Assembly (NCBI GenBank): GCA_963920595.1 | Contig: OY986947.1 | Location: forward strand, 1,736,001 to 1,800,000 | Length of the DNA stretch: 64,000 bases | Direction of reading: 5' to 3' | Source: Eimeria praecox | Lineage: Eukaryota | Shown here: positions 1-11,200 of the stretch, piece after piece | Numbering within the stretch: position 1 is the stretch's first letter | Layout: each line of letters begins with the position of its first letter | Made by a program: the position numbers and the translations under genes | The notes under the pieces: generated by a model | Databases searched by the model: none | What the model was told of the DNA's origin: nothing | Seen by the model: the letters and a program-made list of their open reading frames with translations, nothing else

Positions 1-505
1 GGGATAACTGGTTCAAAATGGTTTCCACAAGACATGCTTTCGGAAGCCAAGCGTTGTGGAGTCATCCTAAATGCGGTGCTGCATTGGCAAAATGTGCCAT
101 CCCCCCCTTGAAGCAACTAAAATGCAATTGATATCATGCGCCAACTCTTGCAACCAATTGTCGATACATGCTGCTGCTGCGAACCACTGATTTAAGCTGC
201 CGGTTCTAATACCTTTATTTGCAAGTGTCACAACATCCCTGTAGTAGTAACTGTGAATTACTTAACCTACGCAAATGGAGTTACTGTAGCCCTAACCCCC
301 ATCGAAAACCCAAACAGTAACTCTAGTGTCAGCTTCTCCAGGGAGAAGATTCACGCAAAACCAAAGGCTTCAACACGGCTAAAACCTCTACCGAACCACC
401 AAACAGGGAGCACCAAAATGCATATCGTACCTAGTTGCTCCTGAGTCCTTATAGCTTCCGGATGTCTCAGGAACACATACCAAAAGGATGCTGCGGCGTT
501 CTCCT

Positions 506-570
506 TCAGAAGTTGCGACAGTAATTCCTCAATAACAGTTCAGAGAGAGGAACAATAAATTTATCATCCT
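506..570 (-). ncRNA. Box C/D snoRNA candidate, paralog 1, with a D' guide resembling the LSU sarcin-ricin loop (repeated every +2173)
   Basis: Minus strand: box C AGGATGA (570-564), D' CTGA (543-540), C' TGAGGA, box D CTGA (509-506); GAGAGGAAC(A) follows D' on the + strand. Confidence 0.75.
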
Positions 571-632
571 TCAGCCGTTGTATCCCTTTTACAAAGGGGA
601 ATGCATGCACACATACACACTGCCAACACATG

Positions 633-696
633 TCAGGGATTGCGACAGTAATTCCTCAATAACAGTTCAGAGAGAGGAACAAAAGAGTATCATCCT
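633..696 (-). ncRNA. Box C/D snoRNA candidate, paralog 2 of 506-570 (repeated every +2173)
   Basis: Same core sequence as 513-553; box C 696-690, D' 670-667, D 636-633; flanking stem TGCCAAC (621-627)/GTTGGCA (701-707). Confidence 0.75.
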
Positions 697-815
697 TCTC
701 GTTGGCAGCATGCTGAATGGCCGGGCCAAGTTAATGGTGTAAGGTGAAATGGATCTAGCTGAACGCCGACGGGTACTCTACAGGCCCGTCCGTAAGCACC
801 AAGCCTACATGGCTC

Positions 816-900
816 TCAGCAGTTGTTTTAACGCGGCTTAGAAGTTAAGCAATGCATCGTGCCCCACCAAGCCACGCAGATACCCTGCTTGATTCATCCA
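816..900 (-). ncRNA. Box C/D snoRNA candidate, target unassigned (repeated every +2173)
   Basis: Box C TGGATGA (900-894), putative D' CTGC (879-876), C'-like CGATGC, box D CTGA (819-816); typical length. Confidence 0.5.
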
Positions 901-950
901 CCAACTATAAATGCACGCGTACATAAGTCATTCTCATGTTTCAGCGAACC

Positions 951-1016
951 TCAGTTTCAGCAATGCAGTTAATCAAAATTTCATTCATAGGACATGGATT
1001 ATAATGTCGTCATCGG
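951..1016 (-). ncRNA. Box C/D snoRNA candidate with a tentative D' guide to LSU GGACAUGGGUUA-type sequence (repeated every +2173)
   Basis: Box C CCGATGA (1016-1010), D' ATGA (988-985), guide GGACATGGATTA at 990-1001 (one G:U), box D CTGA (954-951), external stem TCAGCG/CGCTGA. Confidence 0.6.
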
Positions 1017-1055
1017 AAACGCTGATGAAATAAAATTAGGACATGATAAACCTTT

Positions 1056-1133
1056 TCAGTGCGATAAGGGATGCGTTCGCAGTTTGCTCATCACGGAAAT
1101 CAGCGAGATTCCCATGAGCGAATGGCTCATCCT
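1056..1133 (-). ncRNA. Dual-guide box C/D snoRNA targeting LSU positions equivalent to yeast A2326 (human U79 site) and A1143 (repeated every +2173)
   Basis: Box D 1059-1056 with GCGATAAGGGATG; perfect C' GTGATGA; D' 1103-1100 with CGAGATTCCCA (LSU AACGAGAUUCCCAC); box C AGGATGA 1133-1127; CCTT/AAGG stem. Confidence 0.85.
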
Positions 1134-1248
1134 CAAGGTGTCCTAAATATGTATTTGCATGCACAACACAACATCCAGCTACTCATACTAAAACACAAAA
1201 GCACGCAAAACGTAGCTGCTGTTTCTATATATAGGCTAGATGAGTATA

Positions 1249-1327
1249 TCAGGCAATGCTCTTGACCGATCCTCATCAAAGCAAGTAGCTGCAGAAGCAG
1301 AACTGGCTTGAGGTCATATTTCATCCG
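1249..1327 (-). ncRNA. Box C/D snoRNA, snR61/U38-like (yeast 25S Am1133) (repeated every +2173)
   Basis: Box D 1252-1249, C' TGATGA 1278-1273, D' CTGC 1294-1291, 13-nt guide AAGCAGAACTGGC (1295-1307) with D'+5 on the conserved A, box C CGGATGA 1327-1321. Confidence 0.88.
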
Positions 1328-1469
1328 CAGATGCAAACGAAACGCAGATAAGCAAAGACATTACCACCATATTCACGCCCCAGTTACTTACAAAAAATAA
1401 ATCAGAGAAATACGACGCATTATGCACACAAATACAGATACTCACTCATGCGGTGTAATGCTGCATTCA

Positions 1470-1530
1470 TCAGTTATGTCAAGTTACGTCATCGGTAGTC
1501 CGATATATGCTTGTCATTAAAATTCATCAC
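1470..1530 (-). ncRNA. Box C/D snoRNA, snR74/U27-like (18S Am28) (repeated every +2173)
   Basis: Box C GTGATGA 1530-1524, guide ATATGCTTGTC (1505-1515, 18S 26-36), D' CGGA 1502-1499 placing +5 on A28, C' CGATGA, box D 1473-1470. Confidence 0.88.
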
Positions 1531-1796
1531 CATTCCTCCCCTGCAGCCATTAACACCCTAGAAACAAAAACTGCACCCCATCATGCGTTCTCCTGCCTGC
1601 ACTCATCAGCAAAGTGAGAATAGCGAGATGGAGCTTGATTCATAACTTTTTAGCAGTCGTGTATATTCCATGCACCAGAATTGACAAGGCAATAAATAGC
1701 TTAGTCTAGGCTAGCACATGGCAGTACGTCAACTGCACATAAAACATAAAACTCTGTAAAGTTAGTTGGACGCATCGTCTTAGCCAATGCTCGCTC

Positions 1797-1866
1797 TCAG
1801 TCGAAAGATGGTGATTTGATTTGTAATCATCACAGGCAATCCGTATATAAGTAATAACTCCATCAC
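1797..1866 (-). ncRNA. Box C/D snoRNA, snR39/snR59/U51-like (yeast 25S Am807) (repeated every +2173)
   Basis: Box D 1800-1797 followed by CGAAAGATGGTGA (LSU CCCGAAAGAUGGUGAAC), D+5 = A807; C' GTGATGA 1833-1827; box C GTGATGG 1866-1860. Confidence 0.88.
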
Positions 1867-2166
1867 CGAGGAAGCACGGGTTCTTGCAAACTACTTTTCT
1901 ACATCATTTAGCAATGCCACTTTAATAGTGCAACTGAAAGGGCACAGAAACGTTGTATCACACATCATGAAGTTTTCTTAAATTTCACGTCTGAAGAGAC
2001 GGAAGCGACAAACTGCCACGTTCTGCTTGCCGCAGGGAAAATCGTATCGCTCCCGCGTTAGAAGTATTTGCAGCTAGTTTAACGCAACTGGAGAACAGCA
2101 GCTCCGAGAAGCGCTGATAAACTGCTATTAAACAACGTGTGAAGGGCATGGTAATGAGCAACGCCA

Positions 2167-2241
2167 TCAGACAGGGATAACTGGTTCAAAATGGTTTCCA
2201 CAAGACATGCTTTCGGAAGCCAAGCGTTGTGGAGTCATCCT
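2167..2241 (-). ncRNA. Box C/D snoRNA, snR38-like (yeast 25S Gm2815) with a second guide to the C2836-equivalent (repeated every +2173; last copy 13032-13105)
   Basis: Box D 2170-2167 followed by 14-nt ACAGGGATAACTGG (peptidyl transferase centre), D+5 = G2815; D' CCGA followed by AGCCAAGCGTT; box C AGGATGA. Confidence 0.9.
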
Positions 2242-5200
2242 AAATGCGGTGCTGCATTGGCAAAATGTGCCATCCCCCCCTTGAAGCAACTAAAATGCAA
2301 TTGATATCATGCGCCAACTCTTGCAACCAATTGTCGATACATGCTGCTGCTGCGAACCACTGATTTAAGCTGCCGGTTCTAATACCTTTATTTGCAAGTG
2401 TCACAACATCCCTGTAGTAGTAACTGTGAATTACTTAACCTACGCAAATGGAGTTACTGTAGCCCTAACCCCCATCGAAAACCCAAACAGTAACTCTAGT
2501 GTCAGCTTCTCCAGGGAGAAGATTCACGCAAAACCAAAGGCTTCAACACGGCTAAAACCTCTACCGAACCACCAAACAGGGAGCACCAAAATGCATATCG
2601 TAGCTAGTTGCTCCTGAGTCCTTATAGCTTCCGGATGTCTCAGGAACACATACCAAAAGGATGCTGCGGCGTTCTCCTTCAGAAGTTGCGACAGTAATTC
2701 CTCAATAACAGTTCAGAGAGAGGAACAATAAATTTATCATCCTTCAGCCGTTGTATCCCTTTTACAAAGGGGAATGCATGCACACATACACACTGCCAAC
2801 ACATGTCAGGGATTGCGACAGTAATTCCTCAATAACAGTTCAGAGAGAGGAACAAAAGAGTATCATCCTTCTCGTTGGCAGCATGCTGAATGGCCGCGCC
2901 AAGTTAATGGTGTAAGGTGAAATGGATCTAGCTGAACGCCGACGGGTACTCTACAGGCCCGTCCGTAAGCACCAAGCCTACATGGCTCTCAGCAGTTGTT
3001 TTAACGCGGCTTAGAAGTTAAGCAATGCATCGTGCCCCACCAAGCCACGCAGATACCCTGCTTGATTCATCCACCAACTATAAATGCACGCGTACATAAG
3101 TCATTCTCATGTTTCAGCGAACCTCAGTTTCAGCAATGCAGTTAATCAAAATTTGATTCATAGGACATGGATTATAATGTCGTCATCGGAAACGCTGATG
3201 AAATAAAATTAGGACATGATAAACCTTTTCAGTGCGATAAGGGATGCGTTCGCAGTTTGCTCATCACGGAAATCAGCGAGATTCCCATGAGCGAATGGCT
3301 CATCCTCAAGGTGTCCTAAATATGTATTTGCATGCACAACACAACATCCAGCTACTCATACTAAAACACAAAAGCACGCAAAACGTAGCTGCTGTTTCTA
3401 TATATAGGCTAGATGAGTATATCAGGCAATGCTCTTGACCGATCCTCATCAAAGCAAGTAGCTGCAGAAGCAGAACTGGCTTGAGGTCATATTTCATCCG
3501 CAGATGCAAACGAAACGCAGATAAGCAAAGACATTACCACCATATTCACGCCCCAGTTACTTACAAAAAATAAATCAGAGAAATACGACGCATTATGCAC
3601 ACAAATACAGATACTCACTCATGCGGTGTAATGCTGCATTCATCAGTTGTGTCAAGTTACGTCATCGGTAGTCCGATATATGCTTGTCATTAAAATTCAT
3701 CACCATTCCTCTCCTGCAGCCATTAACACCCTAGAAACAAAAACTGCACCCCATCATGCGTTCTCCTGCCTGCACTCATCAGCAAAGTGAGAATAGCGAG
3801 ATGGAGCTTGATTCATAACTTTTTAGCAGTCGTGTATATTCCATGCACCAGAATTGACAAGGCAATAAATAGCTTAGTCTAGGCTAGCACATGGCAGTAC
3901 GTCAACTGCACATAAAACATAAAACTCTGTAAAGTTAGTTGGACGCATCGTCTTAGCCAATGCTCGCTCTCAGTCGAAAGATGGTGATTTGATTTGTAAT
4001 CATCACAGGCAATCCGTATATAAGTAATAACTCCATCACCGAGGAAGCACGGGTTCTTGCAAACTACTTTTCTACATCATTTAGCAATGCCACTTTAATA
4101 GTGCAACTGAAAGGGCACAGAAACGTTGTATCACACATCATGAAGTTTTCTTAAATTTCACGTCTGAAGAGACGGAAGCGACAAACTGCCACGTTCTGCT
4201 TGCCGCAGGGAAAATCGTATCGCTCCCGCGTTAGAAGTATTTGCAGCTAGTTTAACGCAACTGGAGAACAGCAGCTCCGAGAAGCGCTGATAAACTGCTA
4301 TTAAACAACGTGTGAAGGGCATGGTAATGAGCAACGCCATCAGACAGGGATAACTGGTTCAAAATGGTTTCCACAAGACATGCTTTCGGAAGCCAAGCGT
4401 TGTGGAGTCATCCTAAATGCGGTGCTGCATTGGCAAAATGTGCCATCCCCCCCTTGAAGCAACTAAAATGCAATTGATATCATGCGCCAACTCTTGCAAC
4501 CAATTGTCGATACATGCTGCTGCTGCGAACCACTGATTTAAGCTGCCGGTTCTAATACCTTTATTTGCAAGTGTCACAACATCCCTGTAGTAGTAACTGT
4601 GAATTACTTAACCTACGCAAATGGAGTTACTGTAGCCCTAACCCCCATCGAAAACCCAAACAGTAACTCTAGTGTCAGCTTCTCCAGGGAGAAGATTCAC
4701 GCAAAACCAAAGGCTTCAACACGGCTAAAACCTCTACCGAACCACCAAACAGGGAGCACCAAAATGCATATCGTAGCTAGTTGCTCCTGAGTCCTTATAG
4801 CTTCCGGATGTCTCAGGAACACATACCAAAAGGATGCTGCGGCGTTCTCCTTCAGAAGTTGCGACAGTAATTCCTCAATAACAGTTCAGAGAGAGGAACA
4901 ATAAATTTATCATCCTTCAGCCGTTGTATCCCTTTTACAAAGGGGAATGCATGCACACATACACACTGCCAACACATGTCAGGGATTGCGACAGTAATTC
5001 CTCAATAACAGTTCAGAGAGAGGAACAAAAGAGTATCATCCTTCTCGTTGGCAGCATGCTGAATGGCCGCGCCAAGTTAATGGTGTAAGGTGAAATGGAT
5101 CTAGCTGAACGCCGACGGGTACTCTACAGGCCCGTCCGTAAGCACCAAGCCTACATGGCTCTCAGCAGTTGTTTTAACGCGGCTTAGAAGTTAAGCAATG

Positions 5201-8200
5201 CATCGTGCCCCACCAAGCCACGCAGATACCCTGCTTGATTCATCCACCAACTATAAATGCACGCGTACATAAGTCATTCTCATGTTTCAGCGAACCTCAG
5301 TTTCAGCAATGCAGTTAATCAAAATTTGATTCATAGGACATGGATTATAATGTCGTCATCGGAAACGCTGATGAAATAAAATTAGGACATGATAAACCTT
5401 TTCAGTGCGATAAGGGATGCGTTCGCAGTTTGCTCATCACGGAAATCAGCGAGATTCCCATGAGCGAATGGCTCATCCTCAAGGTGTCCTAAATATGTAT
5501 TTGCATGCACAACACAACATCCAGCTACTCATACTAAAACACAAAAGCACGCAAAACGTAGCTGCTGTTTCTATATATAGGCTAGATGAGTATATCAGGC
5601 AATGCTCTTGACCGATCCTCATCAAAGCAAGTAGCTGCAGAAGCAGAACTGGCTTGAGGTCATATTTCATCCGCAGATGCAAACGAAACGCAGATAAGCA
5701 AAGACATTACCACCATATTCACGCCCCAGTTACTTACAAAAAATAAATCAGAGAAATACGACGCATTATGCACACAAATACAGATACTCACTCATGCGGT
5801 GTAATGCTGCATTCATCAGTTGTGTCAAGTTACGTCATCGGTAGTCCGATATATGCTTGTCATTAAAATTCATCACCATTCCTCTCCTGCAGCCATTAAC
5901 ACCCTAGAAACAAAAACTGCACCCCATCATGCGTTCTCCTGCCTGCACTCATCAGCAAAGTGAGAATAGCGAGATGGAGCTTGATTCATAACTTTTTAGC
6001 AGTCGTGTATATTCCATGCACCAGAATTGACAAGGCAATAAATAGCTTAGTCTAGGCTAGCACATGGCAGTACGTCAACTGCACATAAAACATAAAACTC
6101 TGTAAAGTTAGTTGGACGCATCGTCTTAGCCAATGCTCGCTCTCAGTCGAAAGATGGTGATTTGATTTGTAATCATCACAGGCAATCCGTATATAAGTAA
6201 TAACTCCATCACCGAGGAAGCACGGGTTCTTGCAAACTACTTTTCTACATCATTTAGCAATGCCACTTTAATAGTGCAACTGAAAGGGCACAGAAACGTT
6301 GTATCACACATCATGAAGTTTTCTTAAATTTCACGTCTGAAGAGACGGAAGCGACAAACTGCCACGTTCTGCTTGCCGCAGGGAAAATCGTATCGCTCCC
6401 GCGTTAGAAGTATTTGCAGCTAGTTTAACGCAACTGGAGAACAGCAGCTCCGAGAAGCGCTGATAAACTGCTATTAAACAACGTGTGAAGGGCATGGTAA
6501 TGAGCAACGCCATCAGACAGGGATAACTGGTTCAAAATGGTTTCCACAAGACATGCTTTCGGAAGCCAAGCGTTGTGGAGTCATCCTAAATGCGGTGCTG
6601 CATTGGCAAAATGTGCCATCCCCCCCTTGAAGCAACTAAAATGCAATTGATATCATGCGCCAACTCTTGCAACCAATTGTCGATACATGCTGCTGCTGCG
6701 AACCACTGATTTAAGCTGCCGGTTCTAATACCTTTATTTGCAAGTGTCACAACATCCCTGTAGTAGTAACTGTGAATTACTTAACCTACGCAAATGGAGT
6801 TACTGTAGCCCTAACCCCCATCGAAAACCCAAACAGTAACTCTAGTGTCAGCTTCTCCAGGGAGAAGATTCACGCAAAACCAAAGGCTTCAACACGGCTA
6901 AAACCTCTACCGAACCACCAAACAGGGAGCACCAAAATGCATATCGTAGCTAGTTGCTCCTGAGTCCTTATAGCTTCCGGATGTCTCAGGAACACATACC
7001 AAAAGGATGCTGCGGCGTTCTCCTTCAGAAGTTGCGACAGTAATTCCTCAATAACAGTTCAGAGAGAGGAACAATAAATTTATCATCCTTCAGCCGTTGT
7101 ATCCCTTTTACAAAGGGGAATGCATGCACACATACACACTGCCAACACATGTCAGGGATTGCGACAGTAATTCCTCAATAACAGTTCAGAGAGAGGAACA
7201 AAAGAGTATCATCCTTCTCGTTGGCAGCATGCTGAATGGCCGCGCCAAGTTAATGGTGTAAGGTGAAATGGATCTAGCTGAACGCCGACGGGTACTCTAC
7301 AGGCCCGTCCGTAAGCACCAAGCCTACATGGCTCTCAGCAGTTGTTTTAACGCGGCTTAGAAGTTAAGCAATGCATCGTGCCCCACCAAGCCACGCAGAT
7401 ACCCTGCTTGATTCATCCACCAACTATAAATGCACGCGTACATAAGTCATTCTCATGTTTCAGCGAACCTCAGTTTCAGCAATGCAGTTAATCAAAATTT
7501 GATTCATAGGACATGGATTATAATGTCGTCATCGGAAACGCTGATGAAATAAAATTAGGACATGATAAACCTTTTCAGTGCGATAAGGGATGCGTTCGCA
7601 GTTTGCTCATCACGGAAATCAGCGAGATTCCCATGAGCGAATGGCTCATCCTCAAGGTGTCCTAAATATGTATTTGCATGCACAACACAACATCCAGCTA
7701 CTCATACTAAAACACAAAAGCACGCAAAACGTAGCTGCTGTTTCTATATATAGGCTAGATGAGTATATCAGGCAATGCTCTTGACCGATCCTCATCAAAG
7801 CAAGTAGCTGCAGAAGCAGAACTGGCTTGAGGTCATATTTCATCCGCAGATGCAAACGAAACGCAGATAAGCAAAGACATTACCACCATATTCACGCCCC
7901 AGTTACTTACAAAAAATAAATCAGAGAAATACGACGCATTATGCACACAAATACAGATACTCACTCATGCGGTGTAATGCTGCATTCATCAGTTATGTCA
8001 AGTTACGTCATCGGTAGTCCGATATATGCTTGTCATTAAAATTCATCACCATTCCTCTCCTGCAGCCATTAACACCCTAGAAACAAAAACTGCACCCCAT
8101 CATGCGTTCTCCTGCCTGCACTCATCAGCAAAGTGAGAATAGCGAGATGGAGCTTGATTCATAACTTTTTAGCAGTCGTGTATATTCCATGCACCAGAAT

Positions 8201-11200
8201 TGACAAGGCAATAAATAGCTTAGTCTAGGCTAGCACATGGCAGTACGTCAACTGCACATAAAACATAAAACTCTGTAAAGTTAGTTGGACGCATCGTCTT
8301 AGCCAATGCTCGCTCTCAGTCGAAAGATGGTGATTTGATTTGTAATCATCACAGGCAATCCGTATATAAGTAATAACTCCATCACCGAGGAAGCACGGGT
8401 TCTTGCAAACTACTTTTCTACATCATTTAGCAATGCCACTTTAATAGTGCAACTGAAAGGGCACAGAAACGTTGTATCACACATCATGAAGTTTTCTTAA
8501 ATTTCACGTCTGAAGAGACGGAAGCGACAAACTGCCACGTTCTGCTTGCCGCAGGGAAAATCGTATCGCTCCCGCGTTAGAAGTATTTGCAGCTAGTTTA
8601 ACGCAACTGGAGAACAGCAGCTCCGAGAAGCGCTGATAAACTGCTATTAAACAACGTGTGAAGGGCATGGTAATGAGCAACGCCATCAGACAGGGATAAC
8701 TGGTTCAAAATGGTTTCCACAAGACATGCTTTCGGAAGCCAAGCGTTGTGGAGTCATCCTAAATGCGGTGCTGCATTGGCAAAATGTGCCATCCCCCCCT
8801 TGAAGCAACTAAAATGCAATTGATATCATGCGCCAACTCTTGCAACCAATTGTCGATACATGCTGCTGCTGCGAACCACTGATTTAAGCTGCCGGTTCTA
8901 ATACCTTTATTTGCAAGTGTCACAACATCCCTGTAGTAGTAACTGTGAATTACTTAACCTACGCAAATGGAGTTACTGTAGCCCTAACCCCCATCGAAAA
9001 CCCAAACAGTAACTCTAGTGTCAGCTTCTCCAGGGAGAAGATTCACGCAAAACCAAAGGCTTCAACACGGCTAAAACCTCTACCGAACCACCAAACAGGG
9101 AGCACCAAAATGCATATCGTAGCTAGTTGCTCCTGAGTCCTTATAGCTTCCGGATGTCTCAGGAACACATACCAAAAGGATGCTGCGGCGTTCTCCTTCA
9201 GAAGTTGCGACAGTAATTCCTCAATAACAGTTCAGAGAGAGGAACAATAAATTTATCATCCTTCAGCCGTTGTATCCCTTTTACAAAGGGGAATGCATGC
9301 ACACATACACACTGCCAACACATGTCAGGGATTGCGACAGTAATTCCTCAATAACAGTTCAGAGAGAGGAACAAAAGAGTATCATCCTTCTCGTTGGCAG
9401 CATGCTGAATGGCCGCGCCAAGTTAATGGTGTAAGGTGAAATGGATCTAGCTGAACGCCGACGGGTACTCTACAGGCCCGTCCGTAAGCACCAAGCCTAC
9501 ATGGCTCTCAGCAGTTGTTTTAACGCGGCTTAGAAGTTAAGCAATGCATCGTGCCCCACCAAGCCACGCAGATACCCTGCTTGATTCATCCACCAACTAT
9601 AAATGCACGCGTACATAAGTCATTCTCATGTTTCAGCGAACCTCAGTTTCAGCAATGCAGTTAATCAAAATTTGATTCATAGGACATGGATTATAATGTC
9701 GTCATCGGAAACGCTGATGAAATAAAATTAGGACATGATAAACCTTTTCAGTGCGATAAGGGATGCGTTCGCAGTTTGCTCATCACGGAAATCAGCGAGA
9801 TTCCCATGAGCGAATGGCTCATCCTCAAGGTGTCCTAAATATGTATTTGCATGCACAACACAACATCCAGCTACTCATACTAAAACACAAAAGCACGCAA
9901 AACGTAGCTGCTGTTTCTATATATAGGCTAGATGAGTATATCAGGCAATGCTCTTGACCGATCCTCATCAAAGCAAGTAGCTGCAGAAGCAGAACTGGCT
10001 TGAGGTCATATTTCATCCGCAGATGCAAACGAAACGCAGATAAGCAAAGACATTACCACCATATTCACGCCCCAGTTACTTACAAAAAATAAATCAGAGA
10101 AATACGACGCATTATGCACACAAATACAGATACTCACTCATGCGGTGTAATGCTGCATTCATCAGTTATGTCAAGTTACGTCATCGGTAGTCCGATATAT
10201 GCTTGTCATTAAAATTCATCACCATTCCTCTCCTGCAGCCATTAACACCCTAGAAACAAAAACTGCACCCCATCATGCGTTCTCCTGCCTGCACTCATCA
10301 GCAAAGTGAGAATAGCGAGATGGAGCTTGATTCATAACTTTTTAGCAGTCGTGTATATTCCATGCACCAGAATTGACAAGGCAATAAATAGCTTAGTCTA
10401 GGCTAGCACATGGCAGTACGTCAACTGCACATAAAACATAAAACTCTGTAAAGTTAGTTGGACGCATCGTCTTAGCCAATGCTCGCTCTCAGTCGAAAGA
10501 TGGTGATTTGATTTGTAATCATCACAGGCAATCCGTATATAAGTAATAACTCCATCACCGAGGAAGCACGGGTTCTTGCAAACTACTTTTCTACATCATT
10601 TAGCAATGCCACTTTAATAGTGCAACTCAAAGGGCACAGAAACGTTGTATCACACATCATGAAGTTTTCTTAAATTTCACGTCTGAAGAGACGGAAGCGA
10701 CAAACTGCCACGTTCTGCTTGCCGCAGGGAAAATCGTATCGCTCCCGCGTTAGAAGTATTTGCAGCTAGTTTAACGCAACTGGAGAACAGCAGCTCCGAG
10801 AAGCGCTGATAAACTGCTATTAAACAACGTGTGAAGGGCATGGTAATGAGCAACGCCATCAGACAGGGATAACTGGTTCAAAATGGTTTCCACAAGACAT
10901 GCTTTCGGAAGCCAAGCGTTGTGGAGTCATCCTAAATGCGGTGCTGCATTGGCAAAATGTGCCATCCCCCCCTTGAAGCAACTAAAATGCAATTGATATC
11001 ATGCGCCAACTCTTGCAACCAATTGTCGATACATGCTGCTGCTGCGAACCACTGATTTAAGCTGCCGGTTCTAATACCTTTATTTGCAAGTGTCACAACA
11101 TCCCTGTAGTAGTAACTGTGAATTACTTAACCTACGCAAATGGAGTTACTGTAGCCCTAACCCCCATCGAAAACCCAAACAGTAACTCTAGTGTCAGCTT

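Noticed and set aside
289..300. CCCTAACCCCC in a hairpin loop as a telomerase RNA template
   Set aside because: Does not match the heptamer CCCTAAA used in this genome and lies on the strand opposite the snoRNAs
1402..1672. Additional C/D modules at 1402-1452 and 1606-1672
   Set aside because: Box C poor, length or spacing off, and no convincing guide
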